From: Marispirochaeta sp.
Lineage (GTDB): Bacteria; Spirochaetota; Spirochaetia; JC444; Marispirochaetaceae
Direction of reading: 5' to 3'
Length of the DNA stretch: 64,000 nucleotides
Assembly: GCA_963676835.2 (NCBI GenBank)
Contig: CAXXFF010000002.1
Location: 416,001 to 480,000, forward strand
The notes below the pieces were generated by a model, which was not told where the DNA came from, did no database searches, and worked only from the letters and a program-made list of their open reading frames with translations. Below, in pieces: positions 45,845 to 56,500 of the stretch; within the stretch, counting starts at the first letter, position 1; each line of letters starts with the position of its first letter. Made by a program: the position numbers and the translations under genes.

Positions 45845-46983
45845 AAACATCCTCCGGCATAAGCAGAATCATCCTGTTTGCCCTCGGTATAACCCTGGTG
45901 CTCTTTGTGGTGATAGTCGAGATCTTCGGGAATCCCGAAACATGGGTAAAAAAGCAATCCATCCGTACCGGAAAACAGGACTCCCGGTATATATTCCTCA
46001 AACTCCTTGAAAAACTCGACTACGACCTTAAACTGTGGACATCAACCCTGCCGCCTCCGGAAGGGAGCCTTGTCATAGTTGCAGATCAGCATGAGCTGGA
46101 CCTGCGCACGGCATATCTTAAAGAGTGGGCAGAGAACAATCGTACTATCATGATTTTCGGCTACAAAGAGACAAGCGGCCTGGCAGAAGGTGTCACCGTA
46201 TATGAATGTGATTTCACCAACGAATTGAAAACCTTCACATCTGATGAAACCAGTGCTTTTAAAGAAGATCTCATTCTTTTCAGGTCACAGTACCTTATGG
46301 ATCTTCGCAACTCGGACTTTTCTCCCCTTTACAGTCACAAGCAGGGAGACCTGTTCGCCTGGAGCTCCGGAAAAAATCTTCTGATCTGTTCTGACAGTGC
46401 ATTTATCCGCAACACCAATCTCGAACAGCTGGATACTGCGATTTTTCTCAATAAGCTGTTATCCCCCTGGTATGGTGAGGAGATATACCTTGCAGCATCT
46501 ACTTTCACCCCTCCAGCCACCGGCCTTGGGCTGGGGTTTCTCTTTAAGGGATATCCCCTCTTTTTTACCTTCCATTTTCTGCTGGCAGCGCTGGTATTCA
46601 TACTCTGGAAAGGCCCCCGTATTGCAGCCCCGAACAGCCCCGCCACCCACAGCCTCCGCCAGATTTCACAGCACCTGAAGGGGGTCGGCTATTTTTATAT
46701 GAGGCAGGATGCCGCGGATATTGTGGAATCAATAAACAGAGACTACTTCGGCAAGAGGCTGCATGAACTGATCGGCCTGCAAAGAAGTATCTCTCCCGGG
46801 GAACTGGCTGAACGTATAAGCACTACCCTGCCGGAAAAAAAAGAAATTATTTACGATCTGCTTATTTCCAGTGAAGCAGTTAATGCCGCAATGCTCCTGG
46901 ATCGGATGAACCAGCGGAGAGAGATACTGGACGATTTTCAGAAAACAGTTTTCAGAAAAAACAGAAAGGAGTTCCCCAAATGA
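45841..46983 (+). CDS. DUF4350-like membrane-anchored protein
   Basis: N-terminal TM, soluble domain, second TM then W..GPR; immediately precedes MoxR. Confidence 0.6.
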   Translation: MKTSSGISRIILFALGITLVLFVVIVEIFGNPETWVKKQSIRTGKQDSRYIFLKLLEKLDYDLKLWTSTLPPPEGSLVIVADQHELDLRTAYLKEWAENNRTIMIFGYKETSGLAEGVTVYECDFTNELKTFTSDETSAFKEDLILFRSQYLMDLRNSDFSPLYSHKQGDLFAWSSGKNLLICSDSAFIRNTNLEQLDTAIFLNKLLSPWYGEEIYLAASTFTPPATGLGLGFLFKGYPLFFTFHFLLAALVFILWKGPRIAAPNSPATHSLRQISQHLKGVGYFYMRQDAADIVESINRDYFGKRLHELIGLQRSISPGELAERISTTLPEKKEIIYDLLISSEAVNAAMLLDRMNQRREILDDFQKTVFRKNRKEFPK

Positions 46984-47936
46984 ACACAGCCCAGGTGAAG
47001 GAACTGTACGATAAAGTACGGGAAGAACTGAAGAAGATTATCATCGGCCAGGAGCAGATTATTGAGCATCTGTTGATCAGCCTTTTTGCCGGCGGCCATG
47101 TACTCATAGAAGGTGTCCCCGGACTGGCAAAAACCCTGCTGGCAAAAGGAGTCAGCCGGAGTGTATCCGGCAATTTCGGACGGATTCAGTTTACTCCGGA
47201 CCTTATGCCCTCCGACATAATCGGAACCACCATTTACGACGGCACATCCGGCAGCTTTTCGGTAAAAAAAGGACCGGTATTCTGCAATATACTTTTGGCG
47301 GATGAAATAAACCGCAGCCCGGCAAAGACCCAGTCCGCCCTGCTGCAGGCCATGCAGGAGAAATGTGTAACCATCGACGGGACCGACTATGAAGTCGACT
47401 CTTTTTTCATGTGTATCGCAACCCAGAACCCGATTGAGATGGAAGGAACCTATCCCCTGCCGGAGGCCCAGGTTGACCGCTTTCTTATGAAGCTGAGCAT
47501 TGATTACCCCAGCCTGACAGAGGAGCAGGAGATGCTCATGCGCTACCGGGATGGATTTGATGCGGAACAGATTGAGGCTGCCGGAATAGCCCCTGCAGTC
47601 AGCCGGGATGAAATACTTTCTCTGCAGTCAGCAATGAAGAATGTAGTGGTGGACGACAAGATCATCACCTATATATCTGAGATTGTAGCAAAAACCAGGG
47701 ACTATCCCGGTCTTATCTTCGGCGCATCTCCCCGGGGATGTGTTGCCCTGCTGAAGACCGCCAGAGTGCGTGCAGCATTCCATGGAAGGGACTATGTTGT
47801 TCCCGATGATATCAAGCATCTTGCATATCCGGTGCTCTGCCACCGCATAATTCTCGACGCGGAAGCAGAGATTGAAGGGCTTACTCCCCAGGACTATATC
47901 GACCGGATACTGAAGGAAGTTCAAGTTCCCCGATGA
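46980..47936 (+). CDS. MoxR-family AAA+ ATPase
   Basis: GHVLIEGVPGLAKT, RIQFTPDLMPSD, DEINR, ATQNP, LPEAQVDRF, GASPR. Confidence 0.96.
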   Translation: MNTAQVKELYDKVREELKKIIIGQEQIIEHLLISLFAGGHVLIEGVPGLAKTLLAKGVSRSVSGNFGRIQFTPDLMPSDIIGTTIYDGTSGSFSVKKGPVFCNILLADEINRSPAKTQSALLQAMQEKCVTIDGTDYEVDSFFMCIATQNPIEMEGTYPLPEAQVDRFLMKLSIDYPSLTEEQEMLMRYRDGFDAEQIEAAGIAPAVSRDEILSLQSAMKNVVVDDKIITYISEIVAKTRDYPGLIFGASPRGCVALLKTARVRAAFHGRDYVVPDDIKHLAYPVLCHRIILDAEAEIEGLTPQDYIDRILKEVQVPR

Positions 47937-49249
47937 GAATCCAGGCAACCCCGAGGCTGTTTACCCTACTCCTGTTTCCCCTTGCCCTGATGACAGCAGG
48001 GCTCTTGAATGTACACCTGATGGTCGCAGGACTGCTGGCGGATCTCGCCCTGATACTCATTGCCCTGACCGACGGAATAAACACCCCTTCTTCCGGCAGA
48101 ATGAAGACAGATGTGCATATACCGGCTATATGCTCCATCGGAAGAAAGAATTCTTTCCGGATAACCGTATCAAATCCTTTTAAAGCATCCGTCAAGGTTC
48201 TGCCTCTATTTGATGTTCCCGCCGACTGGAACGATTATTCAGAAACAAAAACAGTAGAGATACCTTCCGGAACAAGCCACACCTTCAACTGCCCCCTGCA
48301 GCCCATGCGCCGGGGAAAATACATAATAGCAAACCTTAATGTAGCGGTTACTTCTCCTCTGGGGCTGTTCCGAATAGTTAAAACTCTGCCCCAGAACAGG
48401 ACGGCAGAAGTTTTTCCCGATGTAATGAACCTGAACCAGTATCTAACCCTGGCCCGGAACAATCCCCTGGCCCATGCGGGCTTCCACCGTTCCGCCCGGG
48501 CTGGAAGCGGAACAGAACTCGATTATCTCCGTGATTACACCCGGGATGACGAGTTCCGAAGAATTGACTGGAATGCCAGTACAAGGCTTAACCGTCCAAT
48601 AACCAAGGTGTTTCAGCATGATACCTCGGGGTCCGTGCTTTTTGTCCTCGACCGCGGCAGGCTCATGACCACCGAGATAGACGGGCTTTCCATGTTGGAT
48701 GCTGCAGTAAACTCGGTTCTCCTCCTGGCCAACATTGCCATAAGAACCGGGGACAGCATCGGGATAGTAACCTTTTCAGACACCGTGAAGGATGTGCTGC
48801 CCTTTACCAAGGGAAAAAGCGGACTGCGCACAGCAAGCCGCTTTCTTACCGGCATTCAGGCGGAGAGTGTTGAATCCAACTACGACCTGCTTTTCCGCTA
48901 CCTGCGCTCCTCGATAAAAAAACGCTGCCTTATGGTTTTTATCTCCGATATTGTGGACGCCATCAATTATTCCCTGTTCAAGAGTCACCTTGCGTTTTTG
49001 AATAAACGCCACCTTACCCTGTTATTGCTCCTGAGAGACAAGGTACTGGAGCAGACAGCAGAACAGGATACGGAAGACCTTGAAAATCTGTATGAATCCG
49101 CCGCCGCCAAGGAGATGCTCCTGCAGCGCAGAAACCTGATACGAAAGTTCAAAAGCAGCGGGATCCCCTGCCTGGACCTGCTGCCAGCGGAGGTTTCCCC
49201 GCGGCTTATGGAAAAGTACATGGAGATTAAGGCGCGGAATCTGCTGTAG
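47933..49249 (+). CDS. DUF58 / vWA-like domain protein
   Basis: RRG.Y, G.GTE...LRDY..D..R.IDW.AS, D.GR.M, ISD. Confidence 0.9.
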   Translation: MRIQATPRLFTLLLFPLALMTAGLLNVHLMVAGLLADLALILIALTDGINTPSSGRMKTDVHIPAICSIGRKNSFRITVSNPFKASVKVLPLFDVPADWNDYSETKTVEIPSGTSHTFNCPLQPMRRGKYIIANLNVAVTSPLGLFRIVKTLPQNRTAEVFPDVMNLNQYLTLARNNPLAHAGFHRSARAGSGTELDYLRDYTRDDEFRRIDWNASTRLNRPITKVFQHDTSGSVLFVLDRGRLMTTEIDGLSMLDAAVNSVLLLANIAIRTGDSIGIVTFSDTVKDVLPFTKGKSGLRTASRFLTGIQAESVESNYDLLFRYLRSSIKKRCLMVFISDIVDAINYSLFKSHLAFLNKRHLTLLLLLRDKVLEQTAEQDTEDLENLYESAAAKEMLLQRRNLIRKFKSSGIPCLDLLPAEVSPRLMEKYMEIKARNLL

Positions 49250-49395
49250 GTCCATATTATTTCTTCTGCCCGGCCTCCAGATTTCATTATAGAGACTCTG
49301 TATTCTTCATTGATAATGCAATATTTAATTTTTCCCGAACAGATATATTGAATTCTCATTCCTTTTCAATAAGCTTGAGTGTAGGAGATGGAGAA

Positions 49396-50295
49396 ATGAG
49401 AACCACTTTCACTTTGTTGTCACTTATATTAATCATTAGTTTAAGCTTTTTTACCGCATGTGACAGCGGCGGCGCAGGAAGTTCAGATAGCAGTACAACT
49501 ATTTCAATTGCATCGATATCCGGTGTCACCGCACCGGTAATCGGGGAAACACCTGTATCAGCAATTACCGAAACAGCCCAGTATACCGGTACCGTTACCT
49601 GGGATGGAGGCTGGGGCTGGTCATCATATTTTGGCGGCAATAAAGCCTATACTGCCACTATTACCCTTACAGCAAAGTCCGGTTTTACCCTCTCGGGCGT
49701 ATCTACAGATTATTTTTCAGTCACTGGTGCAACATCTGTAAATAACAGCGCCAATTCCGGTGTAATTACAGCTGTCTTCCCGGCGACAGCTACTGTGGCT
49801 ATAGGAGATTCAGCCTGCGGAGGAATAGTTACCTATATTCTCGAATCCGGTGATACCGGTTATGTTACAGGAGAACAACGCGGATTGGTAGCTGCAGCTG
49901 CCGATCAGAGCTCGGGTATAATCTGGGCAATTTCAGCATATCAGTCGACATCGGTTCCTGCAGGAACCGATACCGCCCAGGGTACTGGGTCAGACAATAC
50001 TACCAATATCATAGATCAAAATGGTGCTGGGACCACATATGCTGCAGGCATTGCCCTGGCATGCACTGACGGCAGCTATGATGACTGGTTTTTGCCGTCC
50101 TGGGATGAACTGACTACATTTTTTGATTATGATGCTGTATCGCCACTTTCTAGCCTGAATCTGTCCGGCAGCCCGTATTGGAGTTCATCAGAATTTTCAG
50201 CAACTGCAGCTAAAGCCCTTAATCCCGGAAACGGGAACGCGCATAATGATGGCAAAACAACAACATGGCTGGTTCGTTCCGTCAGGTATTTTTAA
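49396..50295 (+). CDS. Lipoprotein with C-terminal DUF1566/Lcl (CLec-fold) domain
   Basis: Lipobox FTAC; Ig-like segment; IGD..GG.V.Y, DWFLPS.DEL, YWSSSE, VRSVRYF. Confidence 0.8.
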   Translation: MRTTFTLLSLILIISLSFFTACDSGGAGSSDSSTTISIASISGVTAPVIGETPVSAITETAQYTGTVTWDGGWGWSSYFGGNKAYTATITLTAKSGFTLSGVSTDYFSVTGATSVNNSANSGVITAVFPATATVAIGDSACGGIVTYILESGDTGYVTGEQRGLVAAAADQSSGIIWAISAYQSTSVPAGTDTAQGTGSDNTTNIIDQNGAGTTYAAGIALACTDGSYDDWFLPSWDELTTFFDYDAVSPLSSLNLSGSPYWSSSEFSATAAKALNPGNGNAHNDGKTTTWLVRSVRYF

Positions 50296-50307
50296 CTAGG
50301 ATCAATT

Positions 50308-50332
50308 ATCCCGGGTATCTAATACCCGGGAT
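50308..50332. terminator. Perfect hairpin between convergent genes
   Basis: ATCCCGGGTAT-CTA-ATACCCGGGAT, 11-bp stem. Confidence 0.65.
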
Positions 50333-50351
50333 TTCAACTGAATAATCAACC

Positions 50352-52535
50352 TTAAAACTTCTTCAACAGCGTCCGCAGCTCACGCCATCCCCGGATATGA
50401 TACCCCGCCCGGGAAAGGGCCATGCCGACTTTAACTGAATAGGCATCTTCGGGAAGAACATCAAAAAGGTCTTCATCGGTATGATCATCCCCTACACCGA
50501 AAACGAAATCGTACTCTTCTCCCCGGAGCCATTCCGTAGCAGCAATGCCCTTGTTTACAAATGAATCCTTCACCTCAAGAACCTTGTTTCCATCCAGAAT
50601 CCCCAGGTTCATGTTTTCTGTAACACTGTGGAGAGAGTCTTTCAATTCTCCAAGGCGCAATGCCGCCAGGTCGGGCTCACAGCGGCGGTAGTGCCAGGCC
50701 AGGGAGAACTCCTTTTCTTCGATAAAAGACCCGGGAGTACGGTCAGTGTAGTTTTCCAGAATAGTACGGATTGTCTCCTTCCATTCGGTGGAAAAGAGTT
50801 CTGCCTTTTCCCAGTCGGCCCCTTTCATTTTTATAAAGCTTCCATGCCCGGCGGCCATCTCAACATCCTGCCCGGCAAAGAAATCATCCAGGTCCTGCGG
50901 CTGACGTCCACTGATTACCACTACCCGGTTCTCTTTTCTGGAGCTTAGTTTTTTAATTATCTCAATAAGCTCGTCATCGGGACGAGCCTTTTCCGGACTG
51001 TCCTGAAAACCGACCAGAGTACCGTCGTAGTCAAGAAACAGAATCGCCTTCTTTGATTCATGGTATCGTTTGAGCATATCCTCTTCGACGGTATGAATCA
51101 TGTTGCGTCCCGACTGCAGCTGCTGATAATCCTGGACTTCCTTCATCTTGACCAGAAAATCCCTGGCCCAGAACTGCACATTGTAACGGGCAATCCGTTT
51201 TTTCATCACCACATTGCGGCGCTTCTGTTCCTTCCTGTCCAGATTCAGCCCTGTTTCTATTGCATCGGATATGCCCTGAATGTCATTCGGATTGATCACC
51301 AGAGATTCCCCCAGCTCGTGGGCGGCCCCGGCGGTTTCACTGAGAATCAGCACTCCCGTGTCATCCGAGCGGGCAGCCAGGTACTCCTTGGCGATAAGGT
51401 TCATACCATCCCGGAGAGCTGTCACCAGAAGAAGATCTGCTTCCATATACAGGGCAGTCAGATCTTCAAAAGAAAATGACCGGTAGAAGAAATGAACCGG
51501 TGTCCAGCCAAGACTGCCGTGTTTACCGTTAACAATACTTACCAGCTCCCGGATCTCCCGCAGAAGTTCCTGATATCCTTCCACCTCAGTTCTTGACGGT
51601 GCAACAATAAGATAAAGCTCAACTTTTTCACGATAATCCGGATGCTGATCCAGAAACATCATAAATCCCTTGATTCTCTCGGGGATTCCCTTGGTGTAGT
51701 CCAGACGATCCACAGAGAGAATAGTGGCACGGTTGGCCAGCTGCCGCCGGGTTTCCGTAAGGGCTTTAATCACATTTTTGTCCTTCCCGGCATGGCTGTA
51801 TTTCTCATAGTCGATTCCCATGGGAAAAACATCGGCCCGGACAAGACGCTGACCTGCGGTCAGATAACCCATGCTGTACTCATATCCCAGAAGCCTGCGG
51901 GCACTGGAGATAAAGTGACGAACATAGTCATAGGTATGAAAGCCTAAGAGGTCTGCCCCCATAAGGCCTTCCATAATCTCCTCCCGCCAGGGCATTAAAC
52001 GCATAATCTCATAAGAGGGAAAAGGTATATGCAGGAAGAAGCCGACCAGGGCATCGGGGAACTCGCGGCGGATCATTTCCGGCAGAAGCATAAGCTGGTA
52101 ATCGTGAACCCAGATGGTATCCCCGGGCTCGATGTAAGGCTTAAGTTCATCAAAAAAGCGCTGGTTTACCCGCCGGTAGGCCTCCCACTGATGAGCCTCA
52201 TAATGGGAACGGTTGGCAAAATAGTGAAAAAGGGGCCAGATGGCTTCGTTACAGAAGCCCAGGTAGTACTCCTCAAAATCATGCTTTGATATCTGAAAGG
52301 GAACACAGTGCTCCTCTCTCAGCATGGCCTCCTTCAGCGTCTTCTCCTCCTGGGGAGAAACATCTTCCTCATGAAGGCCGCTCCAGCCTACCCAGAGGGA
52401 GTCACCCTGGTCGTGCACGGAACTCAGGCCCGTGGCAAGTCCGCCGATGCTGCGTATAAAGCCGTATTCTCCTGTCTTGTCATCCCGGGCAATGGTTACC
52501 GGAAGTCTGTTTGATACAAATATTATTTTTCCCAT
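50352..52535 (-). CDS. Bifunctional trehalose-6-phosphate synthase/phosphatase (OtsA-OtsB fusion)
   Basis: VSNRLP, GGLATG, WVHDYQL, HIPFP, DRLDYTKG, DGMNLIAKE; HAD motifs LDYDGTL, SGR, GDD.TDED. Confidence 0.95.
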   Translation of the reverse strand: MGKIIFVSNRLPVTIARDDKTGEYGFIRSIGGLATGLSSVHDQGDSLWVGWSGLHEEDVSPQEEKTLKEAMLREEHCVPFQISKHDFEEYYLGFCNEAIWPLFHYFANRSHYEAHQWEAYRRVNQRFFDELKPYIEPGDTIWVHDYQLMLLPEMIRREFPDALVGFFLHIPFPSYEIMRLMPWREEIMEGLMGADLLGFHTYDYVRHFISSARRLLGYEYSMGYLTAGQRLVRADVFPMGIDYEKYSHAGKDKNVIKALTETRRQLANRATILSVDRLDYTKGIPERIKGFMMFLDQHPDYREKVELYLIVAPSRTEVEGYQELLREIRELVSIVNGKHGSLGWTPVHFFYRSFSFEDLTALYMEADLLLVTALRDGMNLIAKEYLAARSDDTGVLILSETAGAAHELGESLVINPNDIQGISDAIETGLNLDRKEQKRRNVVMKKRIARYNVQFWARDFLVKMKEVQDYQQLQSGRNMIHTVEEDMLKRYHESKKAILFLDYDGTLVGFQDSPEKARPDDELIEIIKKLSSRKENRVVVISGRQPQDLDDFFAGQDVEMAAGHGSFIKMKGADWEKAELFSTEWKETIRTILENYTDRTPGSFIEEKEFSLAWHYRRCEPDLAALRLGELKDSLHSVTENMNLGILDGNKVLEVKDSFVNKGIAATEWLRGEEYDFVFGVGDDHTDEDLFDVLPEDAYSVKVGMALSRAGYHIRGWRELRTLLKKF

Positions 52536-52572
52536 ACTTACCTCAAATTAACAATGTGCGCTGTATTGCTGA

Positions 52573-53457
52573 TTAACGACTCAAGAGAAAATCCCGCATA
52601 AGAACTGCCGCCCGGGAAGGAAGGGATTCACCAAGACTGGCAATTCCAAGTTCCCGCTCCGGCAGCGGGGGGTCAGTTTTCACAATAAATAATTCCCCTG
52701 AAGAGATTGCTTCTTCAGCACTTTTTTCTTCAACATGAGCAATGCCGAAACCGATTTTGGCAAACTCTTCCAGAAGATCAATACTCTCAAGCTCTATAGA
52801 AGGTACTGCTTTAACCCCGTTGGCGTCGAGAAAACTGTCCAAAAGCCTGCGGGTAGTGCTCTCGCTGTTCAGCAGAAGCAGCGGATACTCAAGCAGCTCT
52901 CCCAAAGAGATGGTTTTCCCTTCAAGTTCCGCATATCTGCCGGAAGCGGCAAATATGTCCCGGACCTTTTTAAAGGGCCGTACCGTAAAAGGTGCCGCTC
53001 CGGGTGGAATAGTTATAATTCCGAAATCGATACTGCCGCTCTGAAGCAGCGAGAGAATCCCGGTACTGGTGCGGTTTTTTACCTGAATTCGGATTCCCGG
53101 ATAGGCCTCGGCAAAATCCTTAAAGAGAGGAATAAGATGATAGCGGCAGATAGTGTCACTCACTCCGATACGGACTTCTCCGGATTCAAAACCGGCCATC
53201 TCTTTTAAGAGCCGTTCTCCAGCATCGAAATTACCGACTCCCCGGGCTACATGGTGAAAGAGCATCTCACCCTCCCGGCTTAAGCGGACTTTACGGCCGT
53301 CCCTTAAAAAAAGAGCCGTTCCAAGACGGGACTCCAGATTCTTTATGGCCTGGCTGACGGCGGACTGGGTAATATTCAGTTCCTCCGCTCCCCGGGTAAA
53401 GCTTCCGGCACGGGCTACACAGTGGAATATTCTGTAGAGTTCGTAATCAACATACAT
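52573..53457 (-). CDS. LysR-family transcriptional regulator
   Basis: GSFTRGAEELNITQSAVSQAIKNLE..LF.R; 294 aa; divergent from purL. Confidence 0.93.
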   Translation of the reverse strand: MYVDYELYRIFHCVARAGSFTRGAEELNITQSAVSQAIKNLESRLGTALFLRDGRKVRLSREGEMLFHHVARGVGNFDAGERLLKEMAGFESGEVRIGVSDTICRYHLIPLFKDFAEAYPGIRIQVKNRTSTGILSLLQSGSIDFGIITIPPGAAPFTVRPFKKVRDIFAASGRYAELEGKTISLGELLEYPLLLLNSESTTRRLLDSFLDANGVKAVPSIELESIDLLEEFAKIGFGIAHVEEKSAEEAISSGELFIVKTDPPLPERELGIASLGESLPSRAAVLMRDFLLSR

Positions 53458-53551
53458 TAGCAGTGCTTATAGATATAATAAATAACATTAATTTTACTAA
53501 CTTTCAAGTTTCCTGTATGGTTAGGTCATAGCACCCGCCAAAGGAGCCGTT

Positions 53552-56500
53552 ATGGTACGCCGCGTTTATGTAGAGAAACTCTCCCAGTATGCCCATGAGG
53601 CACATCATGTCCTCCACGACCTGAGAGAACGAATGGGTATTTCCGCCCTGAAATCAGTCCGCCTGCTTCACCGCTACGATGTTGAAGGTATTGAAGAAAA
53701 GGACTTTATCCGCGCCTGCGAGACCATCCTGGCAGAAGCTCCGGTAGACAGGCTCAGCTTTGATCCTCCTCCAGCCGGTTCCGGCATTGCAATTATTGCT
53801 ATTGAAGCCCTCCCCGGACAGTACGACCAGCGGGCGGATTCGGCTGCCCAGGCCATCCAGCTTATGACCCACGGCGCACCACCGGCGGTTGCCGCAGCGG
53901 GAGTATGGCTCTTTGAAGGCAGCCTGACTGCTGAGGATATGCAGACCATCAAATCATTCCTTATTAACCCTGTTGAAGCACGGGAAGCCTCCCTGGAAAT
54001 CCCCGCAAGCCTTGACCTTGATGCACCGGAACCGGGAGTAATTCCCTCTATAGAAGGCTTCATATCCGGAGACAGTTCATTTCTTTCAACTCTCCGCAGC
54101 GAATACGGCCTGGCAATGTCCGAGGCAGACCTTGCACTCTGTCAGGAGTATTACCGTGATACGGAAAAGCGGAATCCAACGGAAACAGAAATCAGGGTAC
54201 TGGATACCTACTGGTCCGATCACTGCCGGCATACAACCTTCCTTACCCGCATAGAAAAGGTCGATTTCGGAACAGACCGGATCTCTAAAAAGATTGAAGA
54301 GAGCTACAAGCAGTACCTAACGGTAAAAGAGACGTATGCCGCCCATAAATCAATCTGCCTTATGGACCTTGCCACCATAGTAATGAAGCAGTTCCGCAAA
54401 GAGGGCAAGCTTGACAACCTGGAGGTTTCCGAGGAGATCAACGCCTGCAGTATAAGAGTCGAGGCGGAGATTGACGGCAAGAAAGAACCCTGGCTGATAA
54501 TGTTCAAAAACGAGACCCATAACCACCCCACGGAAATTGAACCCTTCGGCGGTGCTGCAACCTGTCTGGGCGGAGCCATCCGTGACCCCCTTTCCGGCCG
54601 CTCCTATGTCTATCAGGCTATGCGTGTTACCGGTTCCGGTGACCCCAGGGTTCCTGTCAGCAAAACCATTGCCGGTAAACTTCCCCAGCGGACCATTTCC
54701 ACCGTAGCGGCACGGGGATACAGTTCCTACGGCAACCAGATAGGACTTGCAACCGGTAAAGTGCATGAAATTTACCATCCCGGCTATGTGGCAAAAAGAA
54801 TGGAGATCGGTGCCGTTGTCGGTGCTGCTCCAGAAGACAGTGTAAGCCGTCTGGAACCCGCAGCAGGAGATCTGATCGTTCTTATTGGCGGCCGCACCGG
54901 ACGGGACGGCATCGGCGGTGCCACCGGCTCCTCCAAGGAACACAACCTGGACTCTTTGGCCGAATGTGGCGCAGAGGTACAGAAAGGTAACCCCCCTACA
55001 GAAAGAAAGCTGCAGCGCCTCTTTCGGGACCGGGAATTTGCGAAAAAGATCAAGCGCTGTAACGACTTCGGCGCCGGCGGTGTTTCCGTTGCCGTTGGAG
55101 AACTTGCACCGGGGCTCAGGATTAATCTCGATGCGGTTCCCCGCAAATACCATGGTCTCAACGGTACGGAACTTGCCATTTCTGAATCTCAGGAACGCAT
55201 GGCCATTGTGGTTGAAAAAGAAGACCTGGACTATTTTATCTGCCGCTCGGCAGAAGAGAATCTTGAAGCAACCCTTATTGCCGAGGTAACTGATGACAAC
55301 CGGCTGGTAATGGAGTGGAAGGGAACAAAAATTGTCGACCTTTCCCGGGAATTCCTGGATACCAACGGTGCAGAACAGACTACCAGCGCGGAGATTACCG
55401 GCACTCTTTCAGACAAAGAACCTTTCACCGCCGGGAAAGGTTCAGCAGACATAAAGAACGAATTCCTGACCAGACTTTCCAGTCTGGACTCCTGCGGACA
55501 GGAAGGGCTGGGCCAGCTCTTTGACTCCACCATTGGGGCAGGTTCAGTATTAATGCCCTTTGGAGGAAAAACCCAGACCAGCCCCGCCGATGGAATGGCA
55601 GCCCTTATTCCCGTGGAAAAAGGCAGCACCACAACTGCCACCCTGATGAGCTTCGGTTTTGATCCCCGGATTTCATCCTGGAGTCCTTACCATGGAGCAG
55701 TCTATGCAGTACTTCAGAGTGCCGCCCGGATAGCCGCCATGGGCGGTAATTTCCGTGATATCCGCCTTACCTTTCAGGAGTACTTTGAGCGGCTGGGCAG
55801 CGATCCTGCAAAATGGGGAAAACCCTTGGCGGCATTGTTAGGTGCCTTCCACGCTCAGGAGAAGATGGGTATCGCCGCCATCGGGGGAAAAGACTCCATG
55901 TCCGGAACCTTCGAGGATCTGCATGTGCCCCCCACTCTGGTATCCTTCGCGGTTGCCCCGGTAAAGGCATCTCAGGTTGTATCACAGGAGCTGAAAAAGG
56001 CCGGATCGAGCCTGGTGCTTCTTACGGTACCCCGGGATGCCGACGGCCTCCCCGATCTGAATACGGCTATGGATATCTACGACGCTGTACATAAAGCAGC
56101 ATTCGCAGGCTTAATACTGAGCGCAAAAACCATTGGTCCCGGCGGCCTCGGCGTAAGTCTTGCAGAGATGGCATTCGGCAACAGCCTGGGTATCAGCCTG
56201 GATGGATCATGGACAAGTGAAGAGCTTTTCAGCCTCAGTTACGGAAGCCTGATTCTGGAGCTTGAAAATGATCAGATCAGCGAACTGAAAGGACTTAATG
56301 CAGAGACCATCGGAACAGTTACAGAAACGGCTGAAATAATCGGCAGCGGCTGGTCAGTTTCTCTTAAAGACGCCCTGGAGGCATGGCGCCAACCCCTTGG
56401 GGAGATATACCCCATATCCGCCCCGGCGAACACAGAAATAGTGTCAGTTAAAGCTGAAAAAGCCGGCACTCCAGCAGCCAGAACTGCCAAGATTGCATCC

